Below are positions 35,032 through 45,316 of a stretch of DNA of 64,000 nucleotides, piece by piece. The notes beneath the pieces are model-generated. The model had not been told where the DNA came from and ran no database searches. It saw only the letters and a list, made by a program, of their open reading frames with translations. The DNA is from Chthonomonadales bacterium (GTDB lineage: Bacteria > Armatimonadota > Chthonomonadetes > Chthonomonadales > CAJBBX01), in NCBI GenBank assembly GCA_049967475.1, contig JBMFSQ010000008.1, positions 64,001 to 128,000 of the forward strand. The letters are read 5' to 3'. A program made the position numbers and the translations under genes. Position 1 is the first letter of the stretch; every line of letters starts with the position of its first letter.

Positions 35032-37518
35032 CTATATTCCTAGACGGTTTCTGCGGATGAGTTCCCCGGCATCGCACGGCCGGCGCACCGTGTATCCTTC
35101 CAGGGGAAGTATGTGTTCATGGATGGCGTCCAATATGTCGGCGGGGTACGGGAAGAAGGCCTCTTCCACCTCATCGGCGGGAGTGATCCAGTTTCGCGCA
35201 CCAACCACAACGGGCGGCGCATCCAGGTAACCGAAGGCGAGCTCCGACACCTTTGCAGCCATCGTCTGGATTATGGAGCCCCGTTCGCATGCGTCGGACA
35301 CAAGCACGATGCGCCCGGTTTTTTGTACGGAACGGATCACCGGTTCGTAGTTGAAGGGGACGAGTGTGCGGGCGTCAATAATCTCACACGACACGTCGTA
35401 CTGGTCTTCCAGCAGTTTGGCGGCTTCCAGCGCGCGGTACAACACTGCGCCTACGGTGAGGATGGTGAGGTCCTCTCCCGTTTTCTTGATGTCGGGTTCA
35501 CCCAAGGGAACCTCGTAGAATTCGCGGGGGACACCTCCTGGGTGGAAGATCTCAGGCTGGTCGTAGATGCGCTGGCTCTCGAAGAAGATGACGGGGTCTG
35601 TGCCGGTGAGGGCCGCATTGATGAGGCCCTTGGCATCGTAAGGGGTGGCGGGGAAGCATACCTTGAGGCCGGGAATGTGGGCCACGAGGGAGGTCCAATC
35701 CTGACTGTGCTGCGCTCCGTACTTGGATCCGACGGACACGCGCACAACGACGGGCATGCGCAATTCACCGGCGGACATAGCTTGCCACTTGGAGAGCTGG
35801 TTGAAGACCTCGTCTCCAGCGCGGCCCAGGAAGTCGCAATACATGAGTTCCACTAATGCCCGGCCGCCTTCCAGGGCATATCCTACGGCGCTTCCCACGA
35901 TGGCGCCTTCCGCTATGGGCGTGTTGAACAGGCGATGGTACGGAAGGGCTTCCGTGAGGCCGCGGTACACGGCGAAGGCGCCTCCCCAATCGCGGTTCTC
36001 TTCCCCATAGGCCACCAGAGTGGGGTCGGCGTAGAAGCGCTCCAGGATCGCTTCGAAGAGGGCATCCCGGATCCCGATGCACCGTCCTTTTGGGAGGGGA
36101 TTGCCGTTTTCGTCCAGGCCGCTTCGGCTCCGTTGGGCCAGTTGTTTGATGCGCGGGTTCTCCTCAATGGGGATGAGCACTTCGGGTTGCCGTTGGGGAT
36201 CCATGCTCTCCACACGCTGGTTCGAGAACATCACGCGTTCCAGCAGGCAGTTCACTTGGAAGAGGTCCGCCCGTGGTGAGATCGCCAGGTCTATGGCTTT
36301 GCGGTAGGCGCGAAGGATACGGGCATCCACCATGGCGTGGAGAGCATCGAGGTCGCTGCGGGTGCACAGACCGGCTGCCAAGAGATCCTCACCGTACGTG
36401 ATGAGGGGATCAATCCTTTGCCATTCCTCCAGCTCGGCCTTGTCGCGATAGGATGAGGCGTCGGATGGCGAATGGCCGCTGAAGCGGTAGGTGATGGTGT
36501 CCAGCAGCACGGGCCCTTCGCCACGTTGGATGATTTCTTTCTTGCGGGCGATGGCGTCAATAACGGCGAGGGGATTGTAGCCGTCTACGCGCTCGGCGTG
36601 CATCTGTGTGGGTGTGAGGCCGGCGCCCATTCGGGCCAAAATGCCCATTCCCATGGTCTCACCTACGGGTTGGCCGCCCATCCCGTAGAAGTTGTTGACG
36701 AAGTTCATGATGAAGGGCAGGCCGCCTCGATGGGCCTCGTCCCAAAGCGTCTTGAACTGGTCCATCGTAGCGAGGCAGAGGGCCTCCCAAGTGGGGCCGC
36801 AGCTTGATGCGCCATCCCCGATGTTGCAGATGACGATGCCGGGCTTATGGTTGATCTTCTTATAAAGCGCGGCGCCCACCGAAATATCCGCCGATCCGCC
36901 TACGATGGCGTTGTTGGGAAAGATGCCGAAGGGCGTGAAGAAGGCATGCATGGAGCCTCCCATACCCTTGTTGAAGCCGGCCTCGCGCCCGAATATCTCG
37001 GCCAAAGCCCCGTACAGCAAGAAGTCTATTGCGAGGGACTTTACGTCTTCCGGAGCCTCGTCGTCGGGGAGCACTTTCTCAACTACCTTGAGGGTGGCTC
37101 CATCGTTGTACCGCTTCATGATCTCCATGAGGCGATCGTCACTGAGCTTCTCGATGGCCGAAAGGCCCTTGGCGAGTATCTCGCCGTGGCTACGATGGCT
37201 CCCAAAGATGTGGTCGTCTACGGTAAGGAGGAATGCCTGGCCTACTGCGGCGGCTTCCTGGCCGATGCTCAGATGGGCAGGACCCTTGTGGTTGTATTCG
37301 ATCCCCCGGTAGTTGCCCTTGATCTTCACGTCATTGAGCATGGCTTCGAATGCCCGAATAATGGCCATGTCCCGGTGGATGCGGATTAGGTCCTCACGCG
37401 CGAAACGGTCCATCTCCTCTTCCAGTGTCCTGTGGTACTGGTTCACTGGGATGGGCTGAAACTCCACAAATCCGCTCTTGCGCACGTCGGATGGTCGTAT
37501 GGGCAGCGATTTCGGCAT
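35032..37518 (-). CDS. Fused alpha/beta E1 TPP-dependent 2-oxoacid dehydrogenase-like enzyme
   Basis: [23 protein letters not shown]...NN TPP motif, YRFSGHS; beta half [27 protein letters not shown]. Confidence 0.88.
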   Translation of the reverse strand: MPKSLPIRPSDVRKSGFVEFQPIPVNQYHRTLEEEMDRFAREDLIRIHRDMAIIRAFEAMLNDVKIKGNYRGIEYNHKGPAHLSIGQEAAAVGQAFLLTVDDHIFGSHRSHGEILAKGLSAIEKLSDDRLMEIMKRYNDGATLKVVEKVLPDDEAPEDVKSLAIDFLLYGALAEIFGREAGFNKGMGGSMHAFFTPFGIFPNNAIVGGSADISVGAALYKKINHKPGIVICNIGDGASSCGPTWEALCLATMDQFKTLWDEAHRGGLPFIMNFVNNFYGMGGQPVGETMGMGILARMGAGLTPTQMHAERVDGYNPLAVIDAIARKKEIIQRGEGPVLLDTITYRFSGHSPSDASSYRDKAELEEWQRIDPLITYGEDLLAAGLCTRSDLDALHAMVDARILRAYRKAIDLAISPRADLFQVNCLLERVMFSNQRVESMDPQRQPEVLIPIEENPRIKQLAQRSRSGLDENGNPLPKGRCIGIRDALFEAILERFYADPTLVAYGEENRDWGGAFAVYRGLTEALPYHRLFNTPIAEGAIVGSAVGYALEGGRALVELMYCDFLGRAGDEVFNQLSKWQAMSAGELRMPVVVRVSVGSKYGAQHSQDWTSLVAHIPGLKVCFPATPYDAKGLINAALTGTDPVIFFESQRIYDQPEIFHPGGVPREFYEVPLGEPDIKKTGEDLTILTVGAVLYRALEAAKLLEDQYDVSCEIIDARTLVPFNYEPVIRSVQKTGRIVLVSDACERGSIIQTMAAKVSELAFGYLDAPPVVVGARNWITPADEVEEAFFPYPADILDAIHEHILPLEGYTVRRPCDAGELIRRNRLGI

Positions 37519-37551
37519 AGTTCTTCTCCAGTCTAATGATCCGTGTGCTGA

Positions 37552-39114
37552 TTATCGAATGCCGGGCCCGGTGCGGGCTGAACCGGCTTGGTCGAGGTTT
37601 GTTCGAAAGCGTACGTACGTAACGACGGCGTTGGAGCCCGGTTTGAGATTCTTTATGGTCACGTGGATTTGGCCCGAGGCCGTGTCCTGCGAGGTCACGG
37701 GAACTTCCACCCAGCGTCCTTGTTGAAAGCCGCCGTACTCCCCGATGAAACGTCCGTTGACGTAGAGCGCTTCATGGCGGCCCCCGCCGAAATTGTCGCC
37801 GTCGAGGAGGTACAGGCGCAGTACCCCCTCGGCTTTCTGTGGGCACAGAAGAGTGAATTGAACGGCGCGGTAATCGGCCCAGCAATGCTTGACGGGTGAC
37901 GTCCACGGCGGCCCTTCAAAGGTGTAGCCCCGGTTCAAAATAAAATCCCACCCTTGCCGGGCAAACGTAAGGTCTCCCTTTGAGGATCCGCAGGCCAACT
38001 CCAAGGCGTCTCCCGCATCTACCGGCCCCTCCAGTGGCACAGCGAGGTTCTGGGGTTCTCGGCTGTGCGATGGAGGCAGCGCCGGATAGGGCCGATGCGG
38101 CTCTGTTTGATACCAATAGGTGACGGCAGAGAATTGGTGGGGCGGGAAGCCCTGCGGGAACATGGCCCTCCAGGATTTTACTTCGTTGCGGCCAAAGCCG
38201 ACGGTGATACGCAGTGCCTTTCGGAAGACGACGCGATCCTCCACGAGAAACCGGTAGGCTGCTGCTCCATCGTACCATGGCTGGTAGCCTGTCCTCGGGA
38301 AGCTGTTGGCCTGTTCGGGGAAGCCCCAGCTAAATCCGAAGGCATCCTCCAGCCCCTGCCACTCGATTGCGGGCTGCCGAGCGCCATCCACCCAGATCTT
38401 TACATTCTCATCCACGAGATAGCCGGAGTGGCGTGCGCGTACACCCCGCACTGTGAGGTTCCACCCAACGAGTACGCCTTTCCCTTCAGCCTCCATGGCG
38501 CGAAACTCCACGCGATCCATATCTACTGTTTGCTGGCGCCATGTGGCGTGAAAGGTCGGGACGTCGGCCGGCATCCTCAGCATCGTTCGGTAGTGGACGT
38601 ATGCATAGCACGGTTCCCGGGATGCTATTCCATTGGGGTACCTTGGGTCTTCGGCATCTACCTCTACGCGCGCCGATTTTCGGAAAGGCATGGGAAAGTA
38701 ACAATTCCATCCGCGCTTCTTGTTCACGAAGATGCTGTTGACGCGGTCCAAAGCTCCGTCGGGGTCGCAGAAGAAGTCCACCAGCGGTACCTCGACGCTC
38801 GGCGCCTTCTCGCCATCCCACCAGATGCGAAGCACGGTATGGCGGTCCAGATGAAGAGTTTGAGGCAAAGCGAAGTGGATCATGGTGATGACGGCGGGAC
38901 CTTTGAGGTCGGCGATCACCACCCGCGTACGGCCGCCTCCGAACTGCTTGGCAGGAGGGTTCTCGCCCCAAAGGGCGTTCACCATTCCCGTGGAACCGTG
39001 GGGCACGGTCCACAGCGCCGACCCGTCGCCTCCGGGAACTTGCGAACATGAAGCTGCGAGCGCGCTCGTGGTACAGAGCACTAACATCCATGCGCCCATC
39101 ATAGGGTTGTTCAT
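37552..39114 (-). CDS. Secreted DUF2961 (GH172-like) glycoside hydrolase with an extra C-terminal beta domain
   Basis: Signal peptide; GPAVITMIH, LRIWWDGEKAPSVEVPLVDFF, NCYFPMPFRKSAR, GLEDAFGFSWG, VTYWYQ. Confidence 0.75.
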   Translation of the reverse strand: MNNPMMGAWMLVLCTTSALAASCSQVPGGDGSALWTVPHGSTGMVNALWGENPPAKQFGGGRTRVVIADLKGPAVITMIHFALPQTLHLDRHTVLRIWWDGEKAPSVEVPLVDFFCDPDGALDRVNSIFVNKKRGWNCYFPMPFRKSARVEVDAEDPRYPNGIASREPCYAYVHYRTMLRMPADVPTFHATWRQQTVDMDRVEFRAMEAEGKGVLVGWNLTVRGVRARHSGYLVDENVKIWVDGARQPAIEWQGLEDAFGFSWGFPEQANSFPRTGYQPWYDGAAAYRFLVEDRVVFRKALRITVGFGRNEVKSWRAMFPQGFPPHQFSAVTYWYQTEPHRPYPALPPSHSREPQNLAVPLEGPVDAGDALELACGSSKGDLTFARQGWDFILNRGYTFEGPPWTSPVKHCWADYRAVQFTLLCPQKAEGVLRLYLLDGDNFGGGRHEALYVNGRFIGEYGGFQQGRWVEVPVTSQDTASGQIHVTIKNLKPGSNAVVTYVRFRTNLDQAGSARTGPGIR

Positions 39115-39238
39115 CCGCGGTCCTGTTCCAAACGGTTGCGATGGCGGTCGCAGGCCGGTGCCCGCTGCTGCCGATCTACGGGATGTGTGAAGCCGGCATA
39201 GAAGTTCATTGCCGCCGGCATCCTTCCTCCGAATTGGG

Positions 39239-40219
39239 TCACGGCCGATAGGCTTCAACGAGGCTGTCCATGTTCGTTCCTTCGCGAAGGGAGCGTACAC
39301 CGGTAAAGCCGGCAGTCTCCAACCAGGTGCGGATCTCCTCGAGTGTATAGGTGCCGCCTTCACGCGTTCCCACCAACATATTGATGGCAAAGAGCGCACC
39401 ACTACGTGGAGCCGTGCGATCCGGTGCCATCACGTGATCACGGATTATGATGCGCCCTCCAGGCACCAAGGCGGCGTGCACTTTGCGGAAAAGGTCTATA
39501 TTCTCCTGCGGGCCATTCTGATGGATGATGGCCGACACCCAGGCAAAGTCGTGACCTTCGGGAAGTGGGTCCACAGTGAAGTCGCCCGGCGCCAGCCTAA
39601 CGCGATGAAGCAGGCCGGCTTCGGCCAAATGGCGTTTGGCGATCTCGAGCACCGGCGGACGGTCGAATAGGGTGGCGTGAAGGGTAGGGATTGCCCTCAG
39701 GAACGCGGCAGTGTACGTTCCCGGCCCGCCGCCCACATCCAGCAGCTTCGTTGCCTGTGCCGCACCCGCGGAGGCAACAATGGCGTCGGCTTGCGGGGTG
39801 GCGATTACGTGCATGGCTTCGATGAAGGCCTCCAAAGCATCATCGCCCTCCTGTGGAGCACGCCCATTCGGACCAAGGATCTTTTGGGTGAGGGTGGACC
39901 ATGTATTCCATAGGTTCGCCTGGTGCTTCACCAAAGGCAGAACCGATTGTGGCGCATTCTTTGTAAGGTACTGGGCGGCGGCGGGGGACAAGGCGTAGAC
40001 GCCTTCGGCCTTCGTGAGGAGCCCCATGGAGGCTAGAGCGTCCAGCAGCATCGTGAGTGCACGCGCATCGCCTCCCAAGCCCTGGGCCAGATCATGGGCG
40101 GAGGCCGGGTGCTCTCCAATCCGGGTAAAGAGGTCCAGGTCGGCAGCGGTCAGAAGCACGCGTGCTTCCATGAAGTTCCGCGCTAGCCTCAGGATCTCGT
40201 CCCGCGTCCATTGTGTCAT
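39239..40219 (-). CDS. SAM-dependent methyltransferase (Methyltransf_2 with dimerisation domain)
   Basis: LLDVGGGPG, ATLFDRP, GDFTVDPLP, ALVPGGRIII; GGAGG RBS before ATG 40219. Confidence 0.88.
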   Translation of the reverse strand: MTQWTRDEILRLARNFMEARVLLTAADLDLFTRIGEHPASAHDLAQGLGGDARALTMLLDALASMGLLTKAEGVYALSPAAAQYLTKNAPQSVLPLVKHQANLWNTWSTLTQKILGPNGRAPQEGDDALEAFIEAMHVIATPQADAIVASAGAAQATKLLDVGGGPGTYTAAFLRAIPTLHATLFDRPPVLEIAKRHLAEAGLLHRVRLAPGDFTVDPLPEGHDFAWVSAIIHQNGPQENIDLFRKVHAALVPGGRIIIRDHVMAPDRTAPRSGALFAINMLVGTREGGTYTLEEIRTWLETAGFTGVRSLREGTNMDSLVEAYRP

Positions 40220-40374
40220 CAGGCGTGCCTCCGCGTGCGGGAATGGAGGTGGGTATGAGGACATTGCCTACAACTGAGGGCTGCATAGGCGCAGCCGCAT
40301 CACCCAATCTGCAGTATACTATGATACGCTATAAACCGAAGCAAATCAATGGGTCAACCGAAAAGAAGCGAAAC

Positions 40375-41190
40375 ATGGGTAACCACGGAACACAGGCGAA
40401 TGGCGCCAAGGGGCAAGAGCCTCTATTCGCCGAAGAACGCCGCCAGGCGATCCTGGAACGGTTGAGGCTCGAAGGCAAGGTGACGGTGGAAGGGCTCGCC
40501 GCCGAATTCGGCGTGTCTCTACCTACAGCCCGGACGGACCTGGCCCAACTTGAGGCGCGAGGGCTGCTGAGGCGGACGCACGGAGGAGCCATCCCGGCCA
40601 GCGCGACGCTCTTTGAACCTCCCTACGGGGAACGCCGCGTCATGCACCATGCCGAGAAGAGGGCGATCGCCCGCCGAGCTGCCGAGTATGTGAAGGATGG
40701 CGACACGATCTTTCTCGATGCTGGAACCACGCTCTACGAATTCGCCTTGGCCCTGCGCGGACACCGGCGGCTTACCGTCGTAACCAATTCCCTTGTCAGC
40801 GCCCTAGCTCTCATGGACCATGCGGGCACCGAAGTGATCCTGGTCGGCGGATTGGTTCAGCCGCGGAGGCGCGCCGTACTGGGCCCACTGGCCGAACGCT
40901 TTGTGGAAGCCTTCCATGTGGATCGCGCCTTTGTGTCGTTCAACGGAGTGCACCCACAGGCCGGTTTCTCTGTGGTAGATTTCGACGCTGCAGAGATCAA
41001 GGCACGCATGATGGCCCACGCCGAGGAAGTCATCGTGCTGGCCGATTGGACTAAGATAGGCAAGATCGCTTTCGCTGCGGTTGCGCCCATCGGTGCGGCA
41101 CAGGTCCTCGTGACGGATCACCGAACGCCTCCGGAGCTGACGGATGAGCTCACCGCCGCCGGGCTTCAGATCGTCCGTGCGCAATTGTAG
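40375..41190 (+). CDS. DeoR/GlpR family transcriptional regulator
   Basis: EERRQAIL..wHTH..RTDLAQLEARGLLRRTHGGA; IFLDAGTT, VVTNS sugar-phosphate sensor domain. Confidence 0.93.
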   Translation: MGNHGTQANGAKGQEPLFAEERRQAILERLRLEGKVTVEGLAAEFGVSLPTARTDLAQLEARGLLRRTHGGAIPASATLFEPPYGERRVMHHAEKRAIARRAAEYVKDGDTIFLDAGTTLYEFALALRGHRRLTVVTNSLVSALALMDHAGTEVILVGGLVQPRRRAVLGPLAERFVEAFHVDRAFVSFNGVHPQAGFSVVDFDAAEIKARMMAHAEEVIVLADWTKIGKIAFAAVAPIGAAQVLVTDHRTPPELTDELTAAGLQIVRAQL

Positions 41191-41289
41191 GCCGTCCGTC
41201 CACGGCGGGTTGTGGTTCATCGCGCAGGCGGTTGAGGAAGGTGCGATCAGGGTACCCGTTCCACGAGCCGGGAACCCCTGAAGCGGCCA

Positions 41290-41778
41290 CTAGTCGGATG
41301 AGATGCGTGCATTCTTCGCGGCGACCTCTTCCGCCATCCTCTGCTTGTAGGCCGCAATCTTTGCCCGGATTGCGCCGTCCGTAGCGCCGATGATCTGTGC
41401 AGCAAGGATGCCCGCATTGCGCGCTCCATTAATGGCTACGGTGGCGACCGGCACGCCGGATGGCATCTGAACCGTGGCGAGGAGGGCATCCAGCCCATTG
41501 AGTGCAGAAGATTGAATGGGCACGCCGATTACGGGAAGAGGTGTGGATGCGGCCATGGCACCGGCAAGGTGGGCTGCGCTGCCGGCTCCTGCGATGATGG
41601 CGCACAGTCCGCGTTCTGCAGCCGTTTCGGCATATTCCGCGGCCATGCGCGGTGTGCGGTGGGCGGAGAGGATGCGCATCTCGCTCTCGATGCCGAATTC
41701 GGCAAGGATTGCCGCAGCCTCCCGCATTACAGGCAAGTCGCTGTCACTGCCCATGACGATCCCCACGCGATAAGTCAT
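41290..41778 (-). CDS. purE: N5-CAIR mutase
   Basis: GIVMGSDSDL, SAHRTP, PLPVIGVP, QMPSGVPVATV. Confidence 0.96.
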   Translation of the reverse strand: MTYRVGIVMGSDSDLPVMREAAAILAEFGIESEMRILSAHRTPRMAAEYAETAAERGLCAIIAGAGSAAHLAGAMAASTPLPVIGVPIQSSALNGLDALLATVQMPSGVPVATVAINGARNAGILAAQIIGATDGAIRAKIAAYKQRMAEEVAAKNARISSD

Positions 41779-41871
41779 GGCTTCTAGGTTTTTCTCCTTT
41801 ACTGGTTCTTCTGATTGGCTGCCTTCCGGCCACTCAGGGCGAACGGCGTGAACAGGGGCCGGCTTCTGCAA

Positions 41872-43194
41872 TCAATCGCCCCCGAGGTGTTTGAGAGCCC
41901 GTGCTGCGATGTCATGCCGGTAATGCATTCCTTCAAAGTGAATGCGACCCAAGGCGCGGTACGCGCGATCCACAGCTTGCCGAAGGTCCGCTCCCAAAGC
42001 CGTAACGCCCAAGACGCGGCCGCCTGCTGTGACGATAATGCCGTCATCCTCGCGAGTGCCGGCGTGGAATACCATGCAGTCTTCCGGGTCATCGCGGCAG
42101 GCATCATCCAGCCCCGTAATCGGTTTCCCGGTTTCGTAGCGATCGGGGTATCCGCCCGAAGCTGCCACCACATTCACGGAGGCCGCGCTCCTCCACCGGA
42201 TGTCGAGTCCTTCGAGCGAGCTATTGACTACCGCATCCATGATCTCGATCAGATCGCTCTCCAGCAGCGGCAGCACCGCCTGCGTTTCGGGGTCTCCAAA
42301 GCGGCAGTTGAACTCCAGCGTGCGCACACCGTGGGGTGTCACGATGATGCCTGCGTAGAGCACGCCTTTGTAAGGGATGCCGAGATCCCGGATGGCTTGG
42401 ACTGCCGGGCAAAGGACGGTTTGGAGCACCGTGTCTACAGTAGTGGGAGGAATAACCGGCACTGGGGTATAGGCGCCCATCCCTCCGGTGTTGGGGCCTT
42501 CATCGTTATCCAAAGCCCGTTTGTGGTCTTGGGATGGCGGCATGGGAACAACGGTCTCGCCGTCGGTGAAGGCCATGATGCTGGCTTCTTCGCCCTCAAG
42601 GTACTCCTCGAGTACGATGCGCTCGCCTGCTGCCCCAAACACACGCCGCACCATCATGTCGTCGGCTACGCAGTGCGCCTCATCTTCTCCGGCAGCAATG
42701 ATCACTCCCTTGCCGGCGGCTGCCCCATCCGCTTTGATGACCAAGCGGGCTCCGGGTTCCGGATGCTCTGAGAAGTACGCATGAATATGCTGGTGGGCCT
42801 CGCCGGGAGTGTCACAACGCCAGAAGGCTGCTGTGGGGATGGAGTAGCGCGTCATGAGCTCCTTGGCGAAGATCTTGCTCCCTTCGATGCGTGCAGGGTC
42901 CGTGGAAGGGCCAAAGATGCGCAATCCGCGGGCTTCGAAGCGGTCCACGATGCCCGCGATCAGTGGAGCTTCCGGGCCCACCACCGTGAGATCAATCTTT
43001 TGGGTGGCAGCGAAATTGGCAAGACCGTCGAGGTCGGTGGCCTTCAGGTTGATGCATTCCGCCAATTGAGCGATGCCTGCGTTGCCCGGGGCACAGTAGA
43101 TGCGTTCCGCATGGGGGCTCTGGGCAAGCTTCCATACCAATGCGTGTTCTCTTCCGCCATTGCCCACTACGAGTATGCGCACGGTCGTCCTCAC
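41872..43194 (-). CDS. purD: Phosphoribosylamine--glycine ligase
   Basis: GNGGREHAL, QDHKRA, GPNTGGMGAY, EFNCRFGDPETQ. Confidence 0.97.
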   Translation of the reverse strand: MRTTVRILVVGNGGREHALVWKLAQSPHAERIYCAPGNAGIAQLAECINLKATDLDGLANFAATQKIDLTVVGPEAPLIAGIVDRFEARGLRIFGPSTDPARIEGSKIFAKELMTRYSIPTAAFWRCDTPGEAHQHIHAYFSEHPEPGARLVIKADGAAAGKGVIIAAGEDEAHCVADDMMVRRVFGAAGERIVLEEYLEGEEASIMAFTDGETVVPMPPSQDHKRALDNDEGPNTGGMGAYTPVPVIPPTTVDTVLQTVLCPAVQAIRDLGIPYKGVLYAGIIVTPHGVRTLEFNCRFGDPETQAVLPLLESDLIEIMDAVVNSSLEGLDIRWRSAASVNVVAASGGYPDRYETGKPITGLDDACRDDPEDCMVFHAGTREDDGIIVTAGGRVLGVTALGADLRQAVDRAYRALGRIHFEGMHYRHDIAARALKHLGGD

Positions 43195-43239
43195 AGGATC
43201 AAGATGGGCTTCCCCACCTGTTGCGGGAAGCTTGGTGCA

Positions 43240-44649
43240 TCAGATATGCCCGGGCATCCTGGCCAGGTTGTCGAAGCGCAGATAATGAGGATGGAAAGCT
43301 ACCATTACTTTGCCTGTAGGGCCGTTGCGCTGCTTGGCGATAATGAGTTCGGCCTCTTCCACCTTGTCTTCACCCCGTTGGCGCCGCTCTTCCTTCTCGG
43401 CCTCGTCCAAGTCGGCGCTCATCGCTTCCTTCATCTTGTAATAGGCATCCCTGTAGATAAAGATGACGAGGTCTGCCTCGGCTTCGATGGAGCCGCTTTC
43501 CCGCAGGTCCGAGAGCATTGGGCGCTTATCAGGCCGTTGCTCCACGGCTCGGGAGAGCTGGGCCAGAGCGAGCACAGGAACTCGAAGCTCGCGGGCCAGC
43601 GACTTCAGAGAGCGCGAGATCTCTCCAATCTCTTGGGTGCGGTTATCACTGCGCCTTTGGCCACGCATGAGCTGAAGGTAGTCTACCACTACGAGGCCGA
43701 GACCGTGTTCAGCCATGAGGCGGCGGCACTTCGCGCGCATCTCCAGAGCGGAAATATCAGGGCTGTCGTCAATGAATATGGGTGCATCGGACAGGGTGGC
43801 GCACGCTTCTCCTACACGCCGCCAATCCTCGTCCTTCAGATAACCTGTGCGGAGACTATGGCCATCCACTCGGGCTTCGGAACAAATCATTCTGAGGCAA
43901 AGCTGTTCTTTGGACATTTCCAGACTGAACACGGCAACGGGTAGCTTTTGGCGGATGGCTACATGCTGGGCGATGCCCATGGCCAACGAGGTCTTGCCCA
44001 TGGAGGGGCGGGCCGCCAGGATCACTAGGTCTGCCTTTTGAAATCCCGCCGTGGCGTAATTGAGGTCCTCAAACGGGGTGGCCAAGCCGGTGGTTTGTTC
44101 CTTGTGTTCGGAGCGGTGCTCGATCTGTTCGAAGACCGCGGCCACGAGGGGTCGCATGGGGGTGAAGTACGCTCCCATGCGGCGTTGGGCCACAGCGAAG
44201 ATGGCCTTTTCGGCAGCGTCCACTACGTCGCCGATCTCCGTGTAATCTGCGTAGGCAAGGGAGCGGATTTGGCTCGAAGCGTCAATCAGGCGGCGAAGAA
44301 TTGCCTTCTCTTCTACGATGCGGGCGTAGTACTCTACGCTTGCCGGCGTAGGGACGGCTTCTGTAAGCTGTACGATGTAGGGCGTGCCTCCCACGGCTTC
44401 CAAGTGGCCTTGGGAGCGTAGCTGTTCCTGCACAGTGAGAATATCTACGGGCTCGTCGCGTTCTGCGAGGGTGAGGATGGCGTCGAAAATGATGCGATGG
44501 GCGTCTCGGTAGAAATCCTCGGGCTTGAGGATTTCGGCTGCCTTCTCAATGGCTGCACGCTCGATGAGCATTGCGCCGAGCGTAGCTTGCTCCATCTCGA
44601 GACTTTGCGGCGGTACGTGGTCGAAGGGGATGTTTCTCTCTGCTGCCAT
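43240..44649 (-). CDS. dnaB: Replicative DNA helicase (no intein)
   Basis: PPQSLEMEQ, AARPSMGKTS, VDYLQLM, LSDLRESGSIEAEAD, KQRNGPTG. Confidence 0.97.
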   Translation of the reverse strand: MAAERNIPFDHVPPQSLEMEQATLGAMLIERAAIEKAAEILKPEDFYRDAHRIIFDAILTLAERDEPVDILTVQEQLRSQGHLEAVGGTPYIVQLTEAVPTPASVEYYARIVEEKAILRRLIDASSQIRSLAYADYTEIGDVVDAAEKAIFAVAQRRMGAYFTPMRPLVAAVFEQIEHRSEHKEQTTGLATPFEDLNYATAGFQKADLVILAARPSMGKTSLAMGIAQHVAIRQKLPVAVFSLEMSKEQLCLRMICSEARVDGHSLRTGYLKDEDWRRVGEACATLSDAPIFIDDSPDISALEMRAKCRRLMAEHGLGLVVVDYLQLMRGQRRSDNRTQEIGEISRSLKSLARELRVPVLALAQLSRAVEQRPDKRPMLSDLRESGSIEAEADLVIFIYRDAYYKMKEAMSADLDEAEKEERRQRGEDKVEEAELIIAKQRNGPTGKVMVAFHPHYLRFDNLARMPGHI

Positions 44650-44789
44650 CGCTATCTGTCCTGAAGTTTCCCGCGACTGCCCGTCTGCGTGCCCGCCCAC
44701 GTGGCGGCAGTCGGGCGACGCAGAGGCTGGGGCGCAGCGGCGAACGGTAGGCGAGGAAATGGGCCGGCGATATCGCGGCCCGCATCTCC

Positions 44790-45293
44790 TCAGCCTTCCT
44801 GGGTTTCGGAGGCAGCTTCGGCGGCTGTCGCGCGGCGGCGGAGTTCTTCTTCGGTGATGACTTCCACAGTGATTGGCACCACGATATCCGTGTGAAGACG
44901 GATGGGCACTGTATAGGTGCCCAGGTTCTTGATGGGATCTGCCAGAGACACCCTGCGCCGATCCACGGTGATGCCGCGTTCCCTGGCGATGGCGTCGGCC
45001 ACATCCTGGGCTGTTACCGAACCGAAGAGCTTGGTGCCGCCGCCCACCCGGGCTGTGATGGTGAGTGTAAGGCCGGTGAGCTTCTCGGCTTCTTCGCGCG
45101 CTTCTTGAGCCCGCCGAGCCTCGCGCTCCTTTTCGCGCAGCCTGCGCGCTTCCCATGCCCGCAGGGCGCCGCCTGTAGCAGGAACAGCGTATTGGCGCGG
45201 GAAGAGGTAATTGCGCGCGTACCCGTCGGCCACGTTCACAATCTCGCCATCCTTCCCGACCTTGGGGATATCCCGGCTCAAAATGACTTTCAA
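44790..45293 (-). CDS. rplI: 50S ribosomal protein L9
   Basis: MKVIL...VADGYARNYLFP, KLFGSVT. Confidence 0.96.
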   Translation of the reverse strand: MKVILSRDIPKVGKDGEIVNVADGYARNYLFPRQYAVPATGGALRAWEARRLREKEREARRAQEAREEAEKLTGLTLTITARVGGGTKLFGSVTAQDVADAIARERGITVDRRRVSLADPIKNLGTYTVPIRLHTDIVVPITVEVITEEELRRRATAAEAASETQEG

Positions 45294-45316
45294 GGTTGCT
45301 TCCTCCTGTGTCTTGA

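Noticed and set aside
44650..45156. N-terminal extension of DnaB in the ORF track (638 aa)
   Set aside because: Overlaps rplI in another frame and is low-complexity Arg-rich; DnaB homology starts at 44649.
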